A stretch of 64,000 bases of DNA from an uncultured Pseudomonadota bacterium. Its GTDB lineage: Bacteria; Pseudomonadota; Gammaproteobacteria; Steroidobacterales; Steroidobacteraceae. Of this stretch, positions 16,368-25,967 are shown piece by piece; the stretch's first letter is position 1, and every line of letters begins with the position of its first letter. The notes beneath the pieces are model-generated. The model was given only the letters and a program-made list of their open reading frames with translations. It made no database searches and was not told where the DNA came from. The DNA lies in assembly GCA_963809305.1 (NCBI GenBank), contig CAWEJB010000007.1, positions 15,098 to 79,097 on the forward strand, read 5' to 3'. Made by a program: the position numbers and the translations under genes.

Positions 16368-17429
16368 TTGAAAAATAACATAAAACTAAGTGTTGCGCCG
16401 ATGATGGACTGGACCGACCGTCATTGTCGCTACTTTCTGCGCGGCTTTTCGCCGGGGGCTCTCCTTTATACGGAGATGATCACCTCGGCGGCGATAGTCC
16501 GGGGCGATACGCGGCGACTTCTTGCTTTCGATCCGGAGGAACACCCCGTGGCGCTGCAGTTGGGAGGCAGCGAGCCGCGGGAGCTCGCCGCGGCGGCGCG
16601 GGCGGGGGAAGAGGCCGGCTATGACGAGATCAACCTGAACTGCGGTTGCCCGAGCGACCGTGTCGCGAGCGGCGCGTTCGGAGCCTGCCTGATGCGTGAG
16701 CCGGCGCGGGTTGCCGATTGTGTCGCGGCGATGCGCGCGGCGGTGGCAATACCGGTCACCGTCAAGATGCGCATCGGCGTCGTGAGCGGCACGCGCGAGA
16801 AAGCGCGCGACGCGCTCGCCAGATTCGACGAGTCGGATTTTGCGACTCTGCACGATTTTGTGCGACAGGTTCGTGACGCGGGCTGCGAAGTCGCGATCGT
16901 TCACGCGCGCAAAGCTGTGTTAGGAGGGTTGTCGCCGAAGGACAATCGGGAGATCCCGCCGCTGCGCTACGATGTCGTGCGGCGGTTGAAGCAGCGCTTC
17001 GCTGATCTGCCGGTGATCGTCAACGGTGGCTTGCGCACCGCGGCGAGCGTGCTCGAGGCGCTCACCTGGTGCGATGGTGTGATGCTGGGCCGCGAGGCCT
17101 ATCACCGTCCGTTCGTGCTCAGCGACCTGGAGCGCACGCTCGGAGGGGCGGAGCGGTTCGAGCCGCCGAGCCGGGAGGCGCTGCTCGAGCGGATGGCGAG
17201 ATACGCGCAGCGACAGCTCGCGCAGGGCGATCGCCTGTCGGCGATCACGCGTCACATGCTCGGGGTCTATGCCGGTGAGCCCGGCGCCAGGGATTACCGC
17301 CGCCTCTTGAGCGAAGGCGCGCGGGCCGCGGGTGCCGGTCCGGACCTGATCCGGGAGGCGGCCGCGGCGGCACGGGAAGCGCGGCAGGCACCGGCCGCCT
17401 TGAGTCCTTCGGGCGGTAGCTCCGGCTAA
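16368..17429 (+). CDS. dusA: tRNA-dihydrouridine(20/20a) synthase
   Basis: LSVAPMMDWTDRHCRYFLR, HPVALQLGG, EINLNCGCPSDRV, VTVKMRIG. TTG start at 16368; the first in-frame ATG (16401) would remove the conserved SVAP. Confidence 0.9.
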   Translation: MKNNIKLSVAPMMDWTDRHCRYFLRGFSPGALLYTEMITSAAIVRGDTRRLLAFDPEEHPVALQLGGSEPRELAAAARAGEEAGYDEINLNCGCPSDRVASGAFGACLMREPARVADCVAAMRAAVAIPVTVKMRIGVVSGTREKARDALARFDESDFATLHDFVRQVRDAGCEVAIVHARKAVLGGLSPKDNREIPPLRYDVVRRLKQRFADLPVIVNGGLRTAASVLEALTWCDGVMLGREAYHRPFVLSDLERTLGGAERFEPPSREALLERMARYAQRQLAQGDRLSAITRHMLGVYAGEPGARDYRRLLSEGARAAGAGPDLIREAAAAAREARQAPAALSPSGGSSG

Positions 17430-17527
17430 TCGGTAGCGCAGCGAAGCCTCTCTGGTATCATCGCCACCAACGTCGTCGCCTTGCCCGTGTGGGGGAGCAA
17501 GGGTGGGCGGCAAGCTGCGCACTCTAC

Positions 17528-18427
17528 ATGGGCAAGGATATCGAACTCGCCATATTGTTTGCCGACGTCGTCGGTTCGACCCGGCTCTACGAGCTGATGG
17601 GCGACCTGCGCGCGCGCGATATGGTGTCGATCTGCATCGATGTCATGCGTAGCGCGACCGAGCAGCGCCACGGCACGGTCATCAAGACGATGGGCGACGA
17701 GGTCATGGCGACCTTCCCGAGCGCCGACGAGGCCCTGAATGCAGCGGCGCAGATGCAGCAGCAGATATCCACTCATGCCCAGCTCAAGGTTGACGGCCAG
17801 CCGGTCGCGATCCGGATCGGCTGCCACTTCGGGCCGGTGGTCCTCGAGAGCCGCGATGTCTTCGGCTCGACGGTGCACACCGCCAATCGCATGACCAGCC
17901 AGGCCAAGGCCGGCCAGGTCATCACGACGGCGGCTACGGTCGACCATCTCTCCCCCGAATGGCGCGCCAACTGCAGACTCATCGACACGGCGCCCATCAA
18001 GGGGCAGGGGAACGAGGTTCCGCTCTACGAGGTGCTCTGGCAGACCGAAGACGTCACCAGCATGGTGCCTGCGATTGCCATGAAGGGGCGTCAGGCGGCG
18101 GTGCGGCTGCGCCTGCGCTGGCTTGACCAGGAGGTGGTCGTCGACGAGCACCGTCCCAGCGTCACCATCGGTCGCGCCGAGGACAATGACCTCATCGTGA
18201 AAGGGAATCTCATCTCCCGCCTGCACGCGCGCATCGAGCTCAGCCGCAACAAGCTGGTGCTCATCGATCAGAGCACCAACGGCACTTTCGTGCAGACCAT
18301 GGGTGGCGAGGAATCCTTCGTCCGCCGCGATAGCCTGCAGCTCAAGGGCGAGGGCATGATCGGCCTCGGCCGCCTGCCGGAGCCCGACTCCGCGCAGACC
18401 ATCCGCTTCGCCTGCGAGGTCGTCTAG
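17528..18427 (+). CDS. class III adenylate/guanylate cyclase domain fused to C-terminal FHA domain
   Basis: Cyclase motifs ILFADVVGSTRLY, KTMGDEVMATF, IRIGCHFGPVV and GSTVHTANRM. FHA motifs VTIGRAEDNDLIV..ISRLHARIE....LIDQSTNGTFV. ATG 17528 preferred over GTG 17489. Confidence 0.8.
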   Translation: MGKDIELAILFADVVGSTRLYELMGDLRARDMVSICIDVMRSATEQRHGTVIKTMGDEVMATFPSADEALNAAAQMQQQISTHAQLKVDGQPVAIRIGCHFGPVVLESRDVFGSTVHTANRMTSQAKAGQVITTAATVDHLSPEWRANCRLIDTAPIKGQGNEVPLYEVLWQTEDVTSMVPAIAMKGRQAAVRLRLRWLDQEVVVDEHRPSVTIGRAEDNDLIVKGNLISRLHARIELSRNKLVLIDQSTNGTFVQTMGGEESFVRRDSLQLKGEGMIGLGRLPEPDSAQTIRFACEVV

Positions 18428-20196
18428 CCGAGCCGGCTCTCGGCGGCGGCGAGCTCCGCGAGCAGCTCTGGCGGCAGCCGCGAGCTGTATTTCTCGAGAT
18501 AGCCGCGGATGTCCGCGAACTCCTTGCGCCACAGCGCCGGGTCCACCGACAGCAGTGCACGCAGCGAATCCTCGCCGATACGCAGCCCCTGCACGTTCAG
18601 CTCTTCCGCCCGCGGCAACAGCCCGATGGCCGAGTCCACGGCGCCGGCCTTGCCGCTGCAGCGATCGAGCACCCATGCGAGCACGCGCAGGTTCTCGCCG
18701 TAGCCCGGCCATAGGAACTTGCCCTGCGTATCGCGCCGGAACCAGTTGACGTGAAAGATCCTGGGCGCCCGCGCGAGCTTAGGGCCGACCGTGAGCCAAT
18801 GCCGCCAGTAGTCGGCGAAGTTGTAGCCGCAGAAAGGCTGCATGGCCATGGGGTCGCGGCGGACCACGCCCACCTGGCCCACTGCCGCCGCCGTGGTTTC
18901 GGAAGCGACGGAAGCTCCGACGAGCACACCGTGCTGCCAGTTGCGCGCCTCGTAGACGAGCGGCGCTACTTCACGGCGCCGGCCACCGAACACGAGCGCC
19001 GAGATCGGCACTCCACGCGGGTCCTCGGCGTGCGGCGAGTAGCTGGGATTGCGCTTGGCAGACACGGTGAAGCGCGAGTTGGGATGCGCGGCGGGTCCCT
19101 TGGAAGGATCGTAGGGGCGGCCCTGCCAGTCCGTGACCGGGATGCCGGTCGGCAGGCCTTCCCACCAGGGCTGGTTGTCCGCCGTGAGCGCGACGTTGGT
19201 GAAGAGTGTGTCGCGCCGGATCATCTCGTACGCGTTGCGGTTGGTTTCGCGGTTGGTGCCGGGCACGACGCCGAAGTAGCCGGCCTCGGGATTGATGGCC
19301 CAGAGCCGGCCATCGGCGCCGGGATGCAGCCATGCGATGTCATCGCCCACGGTGTAGACCTTCCAGCCCGGAAGGGAGGCCGGCGGGATCAGCATGGCGA
19401 GATTGGTCTTGCCGCAGGCGGAGGGGAAGGCGCAGGCGATGTAGTGCGTCTCGCCCTGCGGGCTCTCGAGGCCGACGATGAGCATATGCTCCGCCAGCCA
19501 GCCCTCGGTGCGTGCCTGCCAGCTCGCGATGCGCAACGCATGGCATTTCTTGCCGAGCAGTGCGTTGCCGCCGTACCCGGAGCCGAAGCTCTCGATCGCG
19601 AGCTCCTCCGGGAAATGCATGATGAAGCGCCGGTCCGGATCGAGCTCCCCGATCGAGTGCAGTCCGCGCACGAAGCTGCCGTCCACCGCGATCCGCTCCA
19701 GGGCGGCGCGTCCCGCCCGTGTCATGATCATCATGTTGATGGCGACATACGCGCTGTCGGTGATCTCGACTCCACAACGTGCGAGCGGCGAGTCGATCGG
19801 GCCCATGCAATACGGGATGACGTACAGCGTGCGCCCGCGCATGCAGCCGGAGAAGAGCGCGCGCATCTTCGCGTGCGCCTCCTTCGGGTCCATCCAGTGG
19901 TTGTTGGGTCCGGCATCGTCCTTGGAGTTGGTGCAGATATAAGTCAGGTGCTCGACGCGCGCGACGTCGCTCGGGCTCGAGCGGGAGAGATGGCAGCCCG
20001 GGAACTGCTCCGGGTTGAGCTTGATGAGCTCTCCCTCGCGGATCAGCTTCGAGGTGAGCTCGCCTCGTTCCGCATCGGTCCCTTCGATCCAGCGCACTCC
20101 CGCCGGCTGGGTCAGGGCTCGAACCGACTCCAGCCAGTCGGTGACTGCGGGGGAGAGTTGGGACATCGGGATCGGCAGGGGTACAGCAGTGGCCAT
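18424..20196 (-). CDS. pckG: phosphoenolpyruvate carboxykinase (GTP)
   Basis: Length of about 590 aa is typical of GTP-PEPCK. Kinase-1a motif FPSACGKTNLAML, plus WLAEHMLI and GDDIAWL. Start at ATG 20196 with AGAGGA upstream. Confidence 0.9.
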   Translation of the reverse strand: MATAVPLPIPMSQLSPAVTDWLESVRALTQPAGVRWIEGTDAERGELTSKLIREGELIKLNPEQFPGCHLSRSSPSDVARVEHLTYICTNSKDDAGPNNHWMDPKEAHAKMRALFSGCMRGRTLYVIPYCMGPIDSPLARCGVEITDSAYVAINMMIMTRAGRAALERIAVDGSFVRGLHSIGELDPDRRFIMHFPEELAIESFGSGYGGNALLGKKCHALRIASWQARTEGWLAEHMLIVGLESPQGETHYIACAFPSACGKTNLAMLIPPASLPGWKVYTVGDDIAWLHPGADGRLWAINPEAGYFGVVPGTNRETNRNAYEMIRRDTLFTNVALTADNQPWWEGLPTGIPVTDWQGRPYDPSKGPAAHPNSRFTVSAKRNPSYSPHAEDPRGVPISALVFGGRRREVAPLVYEARNWQHGVLVGASVASETTAAAVGQVGVVRRDPMAMQPFCGYNFADYWRHWLTVGPKLARAPRIFHVNWFRRDTQGKFLWPGYGENLRVLAWVLDRCSGKAGAVDSAIGLLPRAEELNVQGLRIGEDSLRALLSVDPALWRKEFADIRGYLEKYSSRLPPELLAELAAAESRLG

Positions 20197-20421
20197 CCTC
20201 GGTTCCTCTTGTTGTGCGGCCCGGCTTTCACCGAGGTCGTTCACCGTACGGGGGGGACAATGGCTCCTGCCGCGTCCCGGAGTGCAGGCCAGTATAGCCG
20301 CGCCGGCCGCGAGCCCTCATAAAGTACGATAAAACCTTCTCTTTTGTTCCATAATCGCACACACCGGAATCTACGGGAAATCAATCACCTGGCTGCGCCG
20401 TGGCGCTGCCTTGCAGGCAGT

Positions 20422-22365
20422 ATGTTGGAGCTCGAGGACATCTTCGGGGAGGGAGGGCCTCTGCAGCGCGCGCTGCCGGGTTTCAACGTCCGCCGGCAAC
20501 AGGTGCACATGGCCGAGCGGGTTGCCGCCGCGCTGGCCCGGCGCGAAATCCTGACGGTGGAGGCGGGCACCGGCACGGGCAAGACTTTCGCATATCTCGT
20601 ACCCGCGCTGCTGTCCGGCGCGCGCGTGCTGATCTCAACGGGAACCCGGACGTTGCAGGACCAGCTCTATGCCAAGGACCTGCCACTCGTGGGTGCGGCT
20701 CTCGGCCGCCCGGCCAGGGTTGCCCTGTTGAAGGGCCGTGCCAACTACCTGTGCCGTCATCGCCTGGAACAGGCGGCGGGGCAGGGGCGGGACGACATGC
20801 TCGGCCGCGTGGCCAGTTGGTCGCGGACCACCCGCAGCGGCGATCTTGCGGAAGTCGTCGGGCTCGCGGACTCGCACCCCGTATGGGCGCAGGTCACTTC
20901 GACGCGCGACAATTGCCTCGGCGCGCGCTGTCCGCATCTGGCCGGCTGTCATGTCGCGCTTGCCAGGCGCCAGGCGCTCGATGCCGACATCGTGATCGTC
21001 AACCACCACCTGTTGCTCGCCGACCTGGCGCTCAAGGAGGACGGCTTCGGCGATCTGCTGGGCGCGGCCGATGCCATCATCCTGGATGAGGCGCACCAGG
21101 TTCCCGACCTCGCGGCGCAGTTCTTCGGCGCTCACGTGAGCAGCCGCCGCATCGAGAGTTTGTTGGATGATGTTCAGACAGAGCTCACGAAGGCGTGCGG
21201 TCTCACCTCAGAAGAGCACGCGCATGCGGCATCAGCCGTGCGTGCTGTTCAATCGGGTGTCATGGACCTTTGCGGCGCGGCCGCGGGTAGCACGGGCCGC
21301 ATCGCGTGGACAGAAGCCACTTCGCCTGTCACCGCGGCCGTGGCGGACCTCGGCCATGCGGTAGGCGTGCTCGCGCAAGCACTGCGCGCTGCTGGCGAAG
21401 AGACCGTCGCGCGCGCGCTCGGCGAGCGGGCGGGCGAGCTCGCGGCAAGCCTGGAGCGCATCGCCGGGGTGGGCGAGATCGAGGGAGCGCGCTCGCTCGA
21501 GATGACATCCGGGAACCGCTTCGCCCTGAGCCTCCTGCCGTTCGACATCGCGGCTCGCTTCCAGGCGCTCATCGAGGCGCACCCTTGCTCCTGGGTGTTT
21601 ACCTCGGCCACATTGTCACTCGGTGACGACTTCAGTCCCTTCACCGGGCGGCTGGGGCTCGACGGCAGCGCCACGCTCAAGATCGACAGCCCGTTCGACT
21701 ATCCGCGTCAGAGTCTCCTTTATCTTCCGGCCCACATGCCGCTTCCTGCATCCCCCCAGTTCCTGCCGGCCATGATGGACGTCGCGCTCGAGCTCATCGA
21801 TGCCTCGAAGGGCGGCGCCTTCGTCCTCTTCACCTCTCACCGCGCGCTTGCCGCGGCGGCGGCGCTCTGGCGTGGGCAACATCCGCGGACCGCGGGGTAT
21901 CGCCTGCTGGTCCAAGGGGAAGGGCCGCGCGAGCGCCTGCTCAAGGAGTTTCGGGCGGACGGCAACGCCGTGTTGCTCGGTACGACGAGCTTTTGGGAGG
22001 GCGTGGACGTCAAGGGCAGCGCGCTGCGGCTCGTCGTCATCGAGAAATTGCCGTTCGCATCCCCGGATGACCCGCTCGTTCGCGCGCGGGTCGAGCACCT
22101 CGAGACGACGGGAAGAAGTGCCTTTCGCGACTACCAGCTCCCCGAGGCTGCGTTGGCCCTGAAGCAGGGAGTGGGGCGGCTCATCCGCAGCGAGGACGAT
22201 TTCGGCGCGGTCGCGATCTGTGATCCGCGCCTGATGGGCCGCGCTTATGGCAAGGTGTTTCTGGCGGCGCTGCCGCCGATGACCCTGACCCGCGATCGGC
22301 AAGGAGCCATTGATTTTCTGCTCCGCCACGCACCACCGGCGGCGCACCAGGCTCTCGCGCCGTGA
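20422..22365 (+). CDS. ATP-dependent DNA helicase, DinG/YoaA (Rad3-like, Fe-S) family
   Basis: Walker A EAGTGTGKTFAYL, DEAH box AIILDEAHQV, Fe-S cysteines (YLCRH..., DNCLGARCPHLAGCHV), C-terminal GVGRLIRSEDDFG. Start at ATG 20422 gives 647 aa. Confidence 0.85.
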   Translation: MLELEDIFGEGGPLQRALPGFNVRRQQVHMAERVAAALARREILTVEAGTGTGKTFAYLVPALLSGARVLISTGTRTLQDQLYAKDLPLVGAALGRPARVALLKGRANYLCRHRLEQAAGQGRDDMLGRVASWSRTTRSGDLAEVVGLADSHPVWAQVTSTRDNCLGARCPHLAGCHVALARRQALDADIVIVNHHLLLADLALKEDGFGDLLGAADAIILDEAHQVPDLAAQFFGAHVSSRRIESLLDDVQTELTKACGLTSEEHAHAASAVRAVQSGVMDLCGAAAGSTGRIAWTEATSPVTAAVADLGHAVGVLAQALRAAGEETVARALGERAGELAASLERIAGVGEIEGARSLEMTSGNRFALSLLPFDIAARFQALIEAHPCSWVFTSATLSLGDDFSPFTGRLGLDGSATLKIDSPFDYPRQSLLYLPAHMPLPASPQFLPAMMDVALELIDASKGGAFVLFTSHRALAAAAALWRGQHPRTAGYRLLVQGEGPRERLLKEFRADGNAVLLGTTSFWEGVDVKGSALRLVVIEKLPFASPDDPLVRARVEHLETTGRSAFRDYQLPEAALALKQGVGRLIRSEDDFGAVAICDPRLMGRAYGKVFLAALPPMTLTRDRQGAIDFLLRHAPPAAHQALAP

Positions 22366-23045
22366 GGCTGCTGGCGCTCGACACGGCGACGGAGTGCTGC
22401 TCGGCGGCACTGCTCATCGACGGCCGGCTGCTCACCCGCGAGACCGAGTTCGCGCGCGGTCACGCCGAACGCATTCTGCCGATGATCGATGAGCTTCTCG
22501 GCGAGGGGGGAATCGGCTTGCGCGAGGTGCAGGCCATCGCATTCGGCCGCGGCCCCGGATCCTTCACTGGCGTGCGCCTCGCCGCGAGCATCGCGCAGGG
22601 CCTCGCCTTTGGCAGTGGTCTTCGAGTGGTGGCGATCTCGGACCTGAGCGCGATCGCGCAGCGGGTCTTCGATGAAGACAGTAGCGTTACACGCGCGCTC
22701 GTGTGCAACGATGCGCGCATGCAGGAGGTGTATTGGGGATGCTTCGAGCGCGGCAGTGACGGGCTTGCCGTCGCACGCAGCCCGGAGCGGGTGAGTCCGC
22801 CGCAGAGTGTCGAGCTGCCGTCCGAATGGGAGGAGGCGGCCGGCCTGGGGCGCGGCTTTGCCGCCTATCCTGAGCTCAAGGCGCTGGCCCGCCTTACGGT
22901 GCGCGAGCACTGGGATCGGCTGCTGCCACGCGCCGCGGAGGTGGCCCGGCTAGCCGTTCCGGAGCTCGCCGCCGGTCGGCTGCTCGCTCCGGAGGCCGCC
23001 CTGCCGGTCTATCTGCGGGATGATGTTGCGCGCCCGCCGCCGTAA
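22362..23045 (+). CDS. tsaB: tRNA threonylcarbamoyladenosine biosynthesis protein TsaB
   Basis: MRLLALDTATECCSAALL..., GRGPGSFTGVRLAASIAQGLAF. GTGA overlap with the helicase stop. Confidence 0.85.
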   Translation: MRLLALDTATECCSAALLIDGRLLTRETEFARGHAERILPMIDELLGEGGIGLREVQAIAFGRGPGSFTGVRLAASIAQGLAFGSGLRVVAISDLSAIAQRVFDEDSSVTRALVCNDARMQEVYWGCFERGSDGLAVARSPERVSPPQSVELPSEWEEAAGLGRGFAAYPELKALARLTVREHWDRLLPRAAEVARLAVPELAAGRLLAPEAALPVYLRDDVARPPP

Positions 23046-23057
23046 CATATGGCGAGT

Positions 23058-23079
23058 GCTGTCATTACTCTGCAATATT
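23058..23079 (+). promoter_or_regulatory. Pho box upstream of phoB
   Basis: CTGTCAT-tact-CTGCAAT-attc: two 7-bp repeats at 11-bp spacing matching the E. coli consensus CTGTCAT(A/T-rich 4)CTGTCA(C/T). They lie about 40-60 nt upstream of the phoB start. Confidence 0.6.
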
Positions 23080-23119
23080 CCGCGGCTGTAATACGCGCGT
23101 TGCGGTGAAGTTCGACCCA

Positions 23120-23815
<696 letters not shown>

Positions 23816-23822
23816 GGCCCCG

Positions 23823-25139
23823 CTGCAACCGGCAACTCAGGCATGGTGGTTCGCGGCCGGGCGGTTGCTCGCGACGATCGTCGCCGGCCTCGTCATCGGC
23901 GCGTTGTTCGGCAGTATCTGGGGGGGGCTCGCCTGCGCGCTTGCCGTTCACCTCACCTGGCAGCTCGTCGTGCTCTTCAGGGTGGAATGGTGGCTGCGGC
24001 ACCGCAGCTTTGAAGGTCCGCCCGATGTCGGTGGCGTGTGGGGCGAGATCATCTCGCAGATCGTGCGACTTCACCGCCGCAAGCGCTTCCACAAGCAGCG
24101 CTTCGTGCAGCTCATGCGCCAGCTGCAGAGCTCGACCGCCGCGTTGCCCAACGGGGTGGTCATCCTCAACCCGCAGCGCGAGATCGTCTGGTTCAACCGC
24201 ATGGCCGGCAGGCTTCTGGACCTGCGGCGCACGGCGGACCTGGGCCTGAGGATCGGGAACCTGCTGCGCGAGCCGGAGTTTGCGCGCTACCTCGAGTTGC
24301 AGGACTATGCGAATCCGGTGGTCATTCGCCGGGCGAGCCGCGAGGACTGCTACCTCTCCTTGCAGATCGTGCCCTACGGTGATGGCCAGCAGTTGCTGCT
24401 CGCGGCCGATGTGTCGCGGCAAATGCGGCTCGAGGCCGTCCGCCGCGATTTCGTGGCCAACGCCTCGCACGAGCTACGCTCCCCCCTGACCGTGATCTCC
24501 GGCTACCTCGAGACGCTCAGCCAAGATCCGGCGCTCGACAGGGATCTCGCGGGACCGGTCGCGGAGATGCGCCGCCAGGCGGAGCGCATGACGGCCATCA
24601 TCCAGGATCTGCTCGAGCTCTCGCGCTTGGAGCAGACGGGAGAGCCGGTCGGCAGCGAGCCGATCGATGTCCCGGCACTGCTCGCGCTGCTGCGCAAGGA
24701 TGTGCTCGCCCGACCGGTGCACCCGCGAGAGGTGCGGGTGCGCATCGACTCCGTCGCCGTGCTGCTCGGCGTTGAGTCCGAGATCCACTCCGCGTTCTCC
24801 AACCTGGTGGACAACGCCGCCAAATACACGCCCGCGGACGGCTCCATCGAGATGCGTTGGTGGGTCGACGAGGACGGCGGGCACTTCTCGGTGACCGACA
24901 CAGGGATCGGCATACCCTCCGAGCACATCCCACGCCTCACGGAGCGCTTCTACCGTGTCGACCAGGGCCGCTCGCGCGCAACGGGCGGGTCGGGTCTCGG
25001 CCTCGCCATCGTCAAGCACGTCCTACAGCGACATGGCGCGGAGCTCGAGGTCCGCAGCACGATCGGCAAGGGCAGCACCTTCGCGTGCCACTTCCCGCCG
25101 CAGCGCGTGCACACCGCACGCGCTGCAACCGCGGTGTAA
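23823..25139 (+). CDS. phoR: phosphate regulon sensor histidine kinase PhoR
   Basis: Two N-terminal TM helices, H-box FVANASHELRSPLTVI, N/G boxes NLVDNAAKYT, DTGIGIP and GGSGLGLAIVKH. The start is uncertain. Options are ATG 23709 (107 nt inside phoB), CTG 23823 (GAGG 5 nt upstream) and TTG 23865. Confidence 0.85.
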   Translation: MQPATQAWWFAAGRLLATIVAGLVIGALFGSIWGGLACALAVHLTWQLVVLFRVEWWLRHRSFEGPPDVGGVWGEIISQIVRLHRRKRFHKQRFVQLMRQLQSSTAALPNGVVILNPQREIVWFNRMAGRLLDLRRTADLGLRIGNLLREPEFARYLELQDYANPVVIRRASREDCYLSLQIVPYGDGQQLLLAADVSRQMRLEAVRRDFVANASHELRSPLTVISGYLETLSQDPALDRDLAGPVAEMRRQAERMTAIIQDLLELSRLEQTGEPVGSEPIDVPALLALLRKDVLARPVHPREVRVRIDSVAVLLGVESEIHSAFSNLVDNAAKYTPADGSIEMRWWVDEDGGHFSVTDTGIGIPSEHIPRLTERFYRVDQGRSRATGGSGLGLAIVKHVLQRHGAELEVRSTIGKGSTFACHFPPQRVHTARAATAV

Positions 25140-25211
25140 AAGTGATGCACGCGCACGTCTGACCGCCGGCGTTTCAGCTATCATCCGCATCTGAGCCGGA
25201 GAACGATCCTG

Positions 25212-25967
25212 ATGGAAACCGCCGACCTCAGCCACCACATCTCGCGTCGTTTCAACGAAGACCTCGAGCGCGTGCGCAGCAAAGTGCTCGCCATGGGCGG
25301 CTTCGTGGAGCAGCAGCTGCAGAAAGCCATCACCGCGCTCACGGAGGGCGACAGCACTCTCGGGGAGTCGGTGGCGCTCGGCGACTTCCAGGTGAACAAC
25401 ATGGAGGTCTCGATCGACGAGGAGTGCAGCCGGATTCTGGCGACGCGCGCGCCCGCGGCAGGGGACCTGCGCGTCATCGTGGCCATCATCAAAACCATCA
25501 CCGACCTCGAGCGCATCGGCGACGAGGGCGAGAAGATCGGCTACATCGCCTCGCGGCTTGCGACCATGGAGCGCCCGGCCGACAAGTACCGGGAGATCAA
25601 GCATCTCGGTCGCATCGTCTCGGAGATGGTCCATGACGCCCTCGATGCTTTCGCCCGCATGGATGCGGAGTCGGCCCTGCGCGTGGCGCGCCAGGACCGG
25701 CTGGTCGATGAGGAGTATGAGGCCATCCAGCGCCAGAGCATCACGTTCATGATGGAGGATCCACGCACCATTCGCCGGGCGCTGGATGTCATGTGGGTCG
25801 TTCGCGCCCTGGAGCGCATCGGCGATCACGCGAAGAACATCAGCGAGTACGTCATATACATGGTCTATGGAAAGGATGTCCGCCACACCTCGCTGGATGA
25901 TGTGGAGCGTGAGTTGCGGGAGCGGGCAGCTCCCGGCGGCGAGCCGCAGCCCACGGCTGCCCCATGA
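25212..25967 (+). CDS. phoU: phosphate signalling complex protein PhoU
   Basis: HISRRFNEDLERVRSKVLAMGG..., two PhoU repeats (DEECSRILATRAPAAGDLR..., ERIGDEGEKI / ERIGDHAKNI). Confidence 0.9.
   Translation: METADLSHHISRRFNEDLERVRSKVLAMGGFVEQQLQKAITALTEGDSTLGESVALGDFQVNNMEVSIDEECSRILATRAPAAGDLRVIVAIIKTITDLERIGDEGEKIGYIASRLATMERPADKYREIKHLGRIVSEMVHDALDAFARMDAESALRVARQDRLVDEEYEAIQRQSITFMMEDPRTIRRALDVMWVVRALERIGDHAKNISEYVIYMVYGKDVRHTSLDDVERELRERAAPGGEPQPTAAP

Larger units (their letters stand above)
14825..16395. mobile_element. decayed horizontally acquired islet abutting the 5' end of dusA
   Basis: There is an abrupt drop in G+C relative to both flanks. The islet contains an AT-rich orphan ORF, a gene tail without a start and a truncated IS transposase. 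It ends in an AT-rich stretch that supplies the first 9 or so codons of dusA. Confidence 0.55.

Noticed and set aside
11779-18427. Cyclase plus cNMP-binding effector as a Pycsar/CBASS-like defence pair
   Set aside because: The two genes are 4 kb apart on opposite strands, separated by the NrtR module, the low-GC islet and dusA. The cNMP protein is a flavoenzyme rather than a TIR, TM or nuclease effector. I kept only a weak functional-link hypothesis.
17426-20322. Long ORFs 17426..18712 (-) and 18751..20322 (+) overlapping the cyclase-FHA gene and pckG
   Set aside because: They are antisense to genes with clear catalytic motifs, and their translations are low-complexity. The same reasoning applies to 27790..28794, 38169..39299, 41153..42316, 47104..48270, 54725..55954, 59340..60704 and 61746..63293.
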